DNA of 63,925 bases, filler included, from Octopus bimaculoides (lineage: Eukaryota), in assembly GCF_001194135.2 (NCBI RefSeq). It is 6 parts of 6 records of this genome, joined end to end, with 100 filler letters (N's around TTAATTAATTAA, not from the genome) between each part and the next. Parts side by side here need not be neighbours in the genome. Positions count along the whole stretch, not along the records: positions 59,267 to 62,789 come from NC_068988.1; positions 62,890 to 63,925 come from NW_026351646.1; 4 more parts are not named here. One strand, 5' to 3'. The position numbers were made by a program, and so were the translations under genes. The notes beneath the pieces are model-generated. The model was not told the DNA's origin, searched no databases, and saw nothing but the letters and a program-made list of their open reading frames with translations. Below, piece after piece: positions 59,472 to 63,925 of this stretch (positions are counted from its first letter, which is position 1; every line of letters starts with the position of its first letter).

Positions 59472-60419
59472 GGGAGAGAAAGAGACAGCTGAGAACGTAC
59501 GACAGGTTCAATTGCGTAAAAACAATTGCGACTATTATAATAAATTTCATGCATATTTCGGAACAAAGTGCTATTTCACTATTTTCATATAATGTAGAGT
59601 TTTGAGACGCAGAGACATGTCTATTGATTCCTGATGATGTTTCATTTTCCAATATTTATTTTGTTTATGGTACGCCTTTAAATTTAGGATGAATATAAAA
59701 GCACATATGCAGTTACTGTATTATATCTTTTCAAAATAATATAACTTAAATTGTAGAAAACTGCTTGCAATTCCACCAAATTATGGCGTCATGGAGACAT
59801 CAATAAAACTATAACATAACATTCCTTGAAAATAATATTCCAAGTTCTTCTCCATATTCATTATCGTAGAGATAGATACTCAATATAAAACATATAGAGT
59901 TTAAAGCCAATAATTTATTAAAAAAATGACTTTGACCTTACACCAGGAACGACAAATTGAAATGTTCCAGAGGAAGTCCCATATCTCAAGAGTGTTCAGT
60001 AGGAATATTTCTGAATATTAGACTATTATTTTCTACAGATCGATAATGGGAGTCTCGTTTCCAATGTCTTTCAGATTCTAAGAGTTTTCAGAGGCTATGA
60101 CCCGATATTTCCCAATTCTAAGGTATCTAATATATAAGCTCCTAGTATATCAAAGTCCATTATGGTTTTATATTGTGAATGACGGCTGCTATAAATACAC
60201 CTGATGTAGTTTGTTTCAATAGCGAGTTTAGTCTTTTTTTTTTTTTTTGGGAAAGTCTCATGTGTGCGCGTTTGTTCTTGTGGCTGTTTACGTTTTTTGC
60301 GTTTGTGGTATTCTACTGACAGTGATAGCATTGGTTGTGTTTGAGTTGGTGTTTTGGGGGAGATGTTTGCGGGGATAGCGTCTGTATTTTTTAGAGTGGG
60401 TGTTGTTATGCTTTGTGGT

Positions 60420-60820
60420 TTATTTCTTTTGTGCTTCTTTTTCTTTTTTATTGTTTGGATCTTTTGGTTTTCCTTCATTTTTACTAGTAAAAGATGAAGT
60501 GTCTGTTGCTGTAAGTGTATTTGTGTTTGTGTGTATTTTTATAATCTTGTTTATATGTGTATTTTTGTTTGGTGTCATGGGAATGGGGGAGCTTTCCTTA
60601 TTTCCCCCAAGGATGGTTAATGTCTTTAGTATTGTTGCTGGTGGTTTTGCCAGTGCTGGTACTCTCCCAGACGTAGACAACAATTGAGGCATTTGACCCC
60701 TTGTGCTTTGTACCAGTGGGGAGCAGTGAGACCGCAAGTGAGTCGTTTCTCCACACGCGAAACAATGCTGCTTTTTGCCATCAGTTATGATTTCTATCAT
60801 AGTCCCTTTCTGAGACAATG
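60420..60820 (-). mobile_element. Retrotransposon ORF1/gag-like fragment with a CCHC zinc knuckle (Tx1-like suspected)
   Basis: MIEIITDGKKQH-CFACGETTHLRSHC (Cx2Cx4Hx4C at 60764-60723) followed by a K/T/P/N-rich low-complexity tail. The 5' part is lost in a gap. Confidence 0.7.
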
Positions 60821-61396
60821 ATACAAATATATATATATATATATATATANNNNNNNNNNNNNNNNNNNNNNNNNNNNNNNNNNNNNNNNNNNNNNNNNNN
60901 NNNNNNNNNNNNNNNNNNNNNNNNNNNNNNNNNNNNNNNNNNNNNNNNNNNNNNNNNNNNNNNNNNNNNNNNNNNNNNNNNNNNNNNNNNNNNNNNNNNN
61001 NNNNNNNNNNNNNNNNNNNNNNNNNNNNNNNNNNNNNNNNNNNNNNNNNNNNNNNNNNNNNNNNNNNNNNNNNNNNNNNNNNNNNNNNNNNNNNNNNNNN
61101 NNNNNNNNNNNNNNNNNNNNNNNNNNNNNNNNNNNNNNNNNNNNNNNNNNNNNNNNNNNNNNNNNNNNNNNNNNNNNNNNNNNNNNNNNNNNNNNNNNNN
61201 NNNNNNNNNNNNNNNNNNNNNNNNNNNNNNNNNNNNNNNNNNNNNNNNNNNNNNNNNNNNNNNNNNNNNNNNNNNNNNNNNNNNNNNNNNNNNNNNNNNN
61301 NNNNNNNNNNNNNNNNNNNNNNNNNNNNNNNNNNNNNNNNNNNNNNNNNNNNNNNNNNNNNNNNNNNNNNNNNNNNNNNNNNNNNNNNNNNNNNNN

Positions 61397-61441
<45 letters not shown>

Positions 61442-62539
61442 ATTGATTGGTTGATTGATGTATGAACATATGTTTTATAAAGAGACGAACTTATTCCTTA
61501 AAGCTTAGCGGATATATTTTATTAGAAGTTATGAAAATATGTACCATACATAATTCTTTCATAAACCCTTTGGGAAATAGTTCACACGTTCATGAATCTA
61601 ATTCAGGTACAGAAGATATGTTTACATTAATTTGCGTTTAAGACGTATTGTGTTCGTGCCTCGTGTATCCAACCGACGCAATATAGTTCGCTATTGTTAA
61701 TAATCTTTAGTACCAATGAATAACTGTTTTGAATTTGATTTTCTTTCTTCGCAGGTTATGGAGAATTCAGTCGTTCTAAGTAAATTCTTCAATAAATTGC
61801 TATAATATTCCTAACCAATTTCTCCTTCGAAATCGCTGAATCCATAATAGTATATTATTATTTTCATGTACGACAATGGATCGATATACTACATCTTACG
61901 CAAGATGACTGCCAAGTCCGAGTGGTCAATGAGATGTGTCATAGACTCTGACAGTCACCATTTTGGAATTTTTCCTGTTTTCATAAAAGTCCATCACTTA
62001 TAATATTTTCAAGTACCTTCAAAACTGAGTTCTTAAAAGTTTAACTCCGAAGTTCGCTTCATGTTAGGCTCTCCGAAATACAACTACATTCTCATCATAA
62101 TGCATGCTATTCAGCAGCATTGACTCATGATTTGCTTCAAGTTTCAATAAACAGAAATAATTCATGTACACTTTTTTTTAAAAATTACGCTATATCCCTT
62201 TTCCATTTAGGTTGAGATTTGAAAATCATAACCACATACACATATACACACACACATATACACACACATATACACACACACGCACTCACGCACACACGCA
62301 CACACGAACACAACAGACACATGCATATATACATATGTATGTATGTGTATATGTACATTTATATTTATATGCATATATGGAGGTATGCAGATATGTGTGT
62401 ATGTGTATATATATATATATATAGTAGACTTACTTGTAAAATAGGACGATTGCGTTCAATAATGTAATAATACAAAGAATATATATACATGTATATACAC
62501 ATATATGTACATACTTACATCTACATGTGTATATACATG

Positions 62540-62789
62540 CATATCAGGGTACAGGACGTTAGAACAATAAACTACAGACAACGGAACGAACACATAGGAA
62601 AACGGAAAGCCCCTTGGAATATCCCTTCATCAGCTGTCTCTATTCTATTCAGACGTTTCGAAGACCAGATAGGACGTACTCTAGAATAGTCTCTTCCTGA
62701 GTAGTGGATCAACCAACTACACAGAGGATTCCAAGGTGGCAAACACAAACCAAGACAGGAAAAAATGGACAGTGAAAACAACATTCAAA
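62540..62789 (-). mobile_element. Putative Penelope-like terminal-repeat (pLTR) fragment with hammerhead-like motifs
   Basis: Minus strand 62666-62622: GGTCTTC-GAAA-C-GTC-TGAATAGAATAGAGACAG-CTGATGA-AGGGA. Confidence 0.45.
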
Positions 62790-62889
62790 NNNNNNNNNNN
62801 NNNNNNNNNNNNNNNNNNNNNNNNNNNNNNNNNTTAATTAATTAANNNNNNNNNNNNNNNNNNNNNNNNNNNNNNNNNNNNNNNNNNNN
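62790..62889. other. Artificial scaffold linker (44 N + TTAATTAATTAA + 44 N)
   Basis: 12-mer at 62834-62845. Confidence 0.95.
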
Positions 62890-62924
<35 letters not shown>

Positions 62925-63475
62925 CTGTATATATGTATTTGTGTATTTATGTGTATCTATCAAATTGTGTAACTAATTTAATGTGTAACTGTGTATATAA
63001 ACGTGTATGTGTGTCAACTTTTACCTATGGCGATGTGTGTATGTGTATGGTCATACATATACTATTGTATGTATTAGCATATACAAATGTATCTGCATGT
63101 TTATGTGCATATGTGTATATATGTGTGTGTGTTACATATATATGACTATCACTCGAGTCACAATGAAGCATGATAACAAGTTTGCCCCACCACCCACCAC
63201 CACTACCACCACCACCACCACCACCACCTCTGCGATCGAAAGAAATTTGACGAAAAATGACAACTGATGAAATTTCAGGTGTAGGAATGCGTGAACACTT
63301 TTAATTTCATTATAAAATACTTCATCAGCACCAGCAAGCTGGCATGCTTGCGTGTGCCGCAACTGTGTCTTCAACCTTAGCTGTTTTTAAAAGTTTCTCC
63401 TTAGAATTTTGTTTAAGAGGAAGCCATGAAAATTTATGTAATCAAGCAACCTGTCAGTGTGTGAAGCTTTGAGAA

Positions 63476-63520
<45 letters not shown>

Positions 63521-63797
63521 AGTAGTAGTAGGATCGTTGTTATTGTTGTTGTTTTCTAACTTTTTCCAGATCTCTCGATTACGTGTTGATAATGGCTATG
63601 TTGAGCTAAAGTGTCAAATGACACTTAAATAGAAGGAAAAAAAAAACCTTTACGTCAAATTTTATCACTGTATATACATGTGAGAAATGTGTGTATGTGT
63701 GTGTGTGTCTGAGATGTATTCATGTCGACCTATTCATAATTATATGCAAAATTTATAGATCTGCTTGATTGTATGTGTGTATTTATATAATATATCC

Positions 63798-63925
63798 AGG
63801 TGTAGGAATGGCTGTGTGGTAAGAAGCTTGTTTCTCAACCACATGGTTCCAGGTTCAGTTCCATCGTGTGGCACCTTGTGCAAGTGTCTTCTACTATAGC
63901 TTCGGGCTGACCAAAGCCTTGTGAG
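63798..63925 (+). mobile_element. tRNA-derived SINE family A, 5' part, cut by the window edge
   Basis: A-box-like TGGCTGTGTGG (63809-63819), B-box-like GGTTCAGTTCC (63852-63862), then GGCACCTTGTGCAAGTGTCTT, which resembles the CORE-SINE GACCTTGGGCAAGT block. Confidence 0.85.

Noticed and set aside
63798-63870. tRNA gene
   Set aside because: A- and B-box-like motifs are present, but I could not build a cloverleaf, and the sequence continues into a SINE body repeated elsewhere in the window.

Overview
Eukaryotic, AT-rich, microsatellite-dense draft-assembly DNA with many N gaps. It is most likely from an octopus, inferred from the recognisable SINE and RTE repeat families and the repeat density; this was not verified by a search. 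Only two host protein-coding genes are supportable. They are a tandem, same-strand pair of single-ORF secreted proteins of the animal chitin-deacetylase-like (carbohydrate esterase family 4, CE4) type, at 8305-10833 and 15539-18904. Gene 2 has one CE4 domain with all catalytic motifs intact, a glycosylated stalk, a basic linker and a second CE4 domain with the catalytic residues replaced. Gene 1 has about 500 aa of unrecognised sequence followed by a CE4 domain carrying equivalent inactivating substitutions at the same sites. This enzyme plus pseudo-enzyme cluster is the best candidate for an undescribed system, possibly for chitin/chitosan matrix modification. The rest of the window is transposon debris: a 5'-truncated RTE LINE with a PHD-like finger inside its RT domain, Penelope-like remnants (one with a 5' inversion and a decayed minimal hammerhead ribozyme), Tx1/L1, R4-like, CR1-like, hAT and mariner fragments, MITEs, long hairpins, many tRNA-derived SINEs, a candidate non-autonomous LTR element and a 68-69 bp higher-order minisatellite. 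Five 100-bp artificial linkers (44 N + TTAATTAATTAA + 44 N) show that the window right of 26.8 kb is stitched from separate scaffolds. Repeat boundaries were placed by eye and are approximate.
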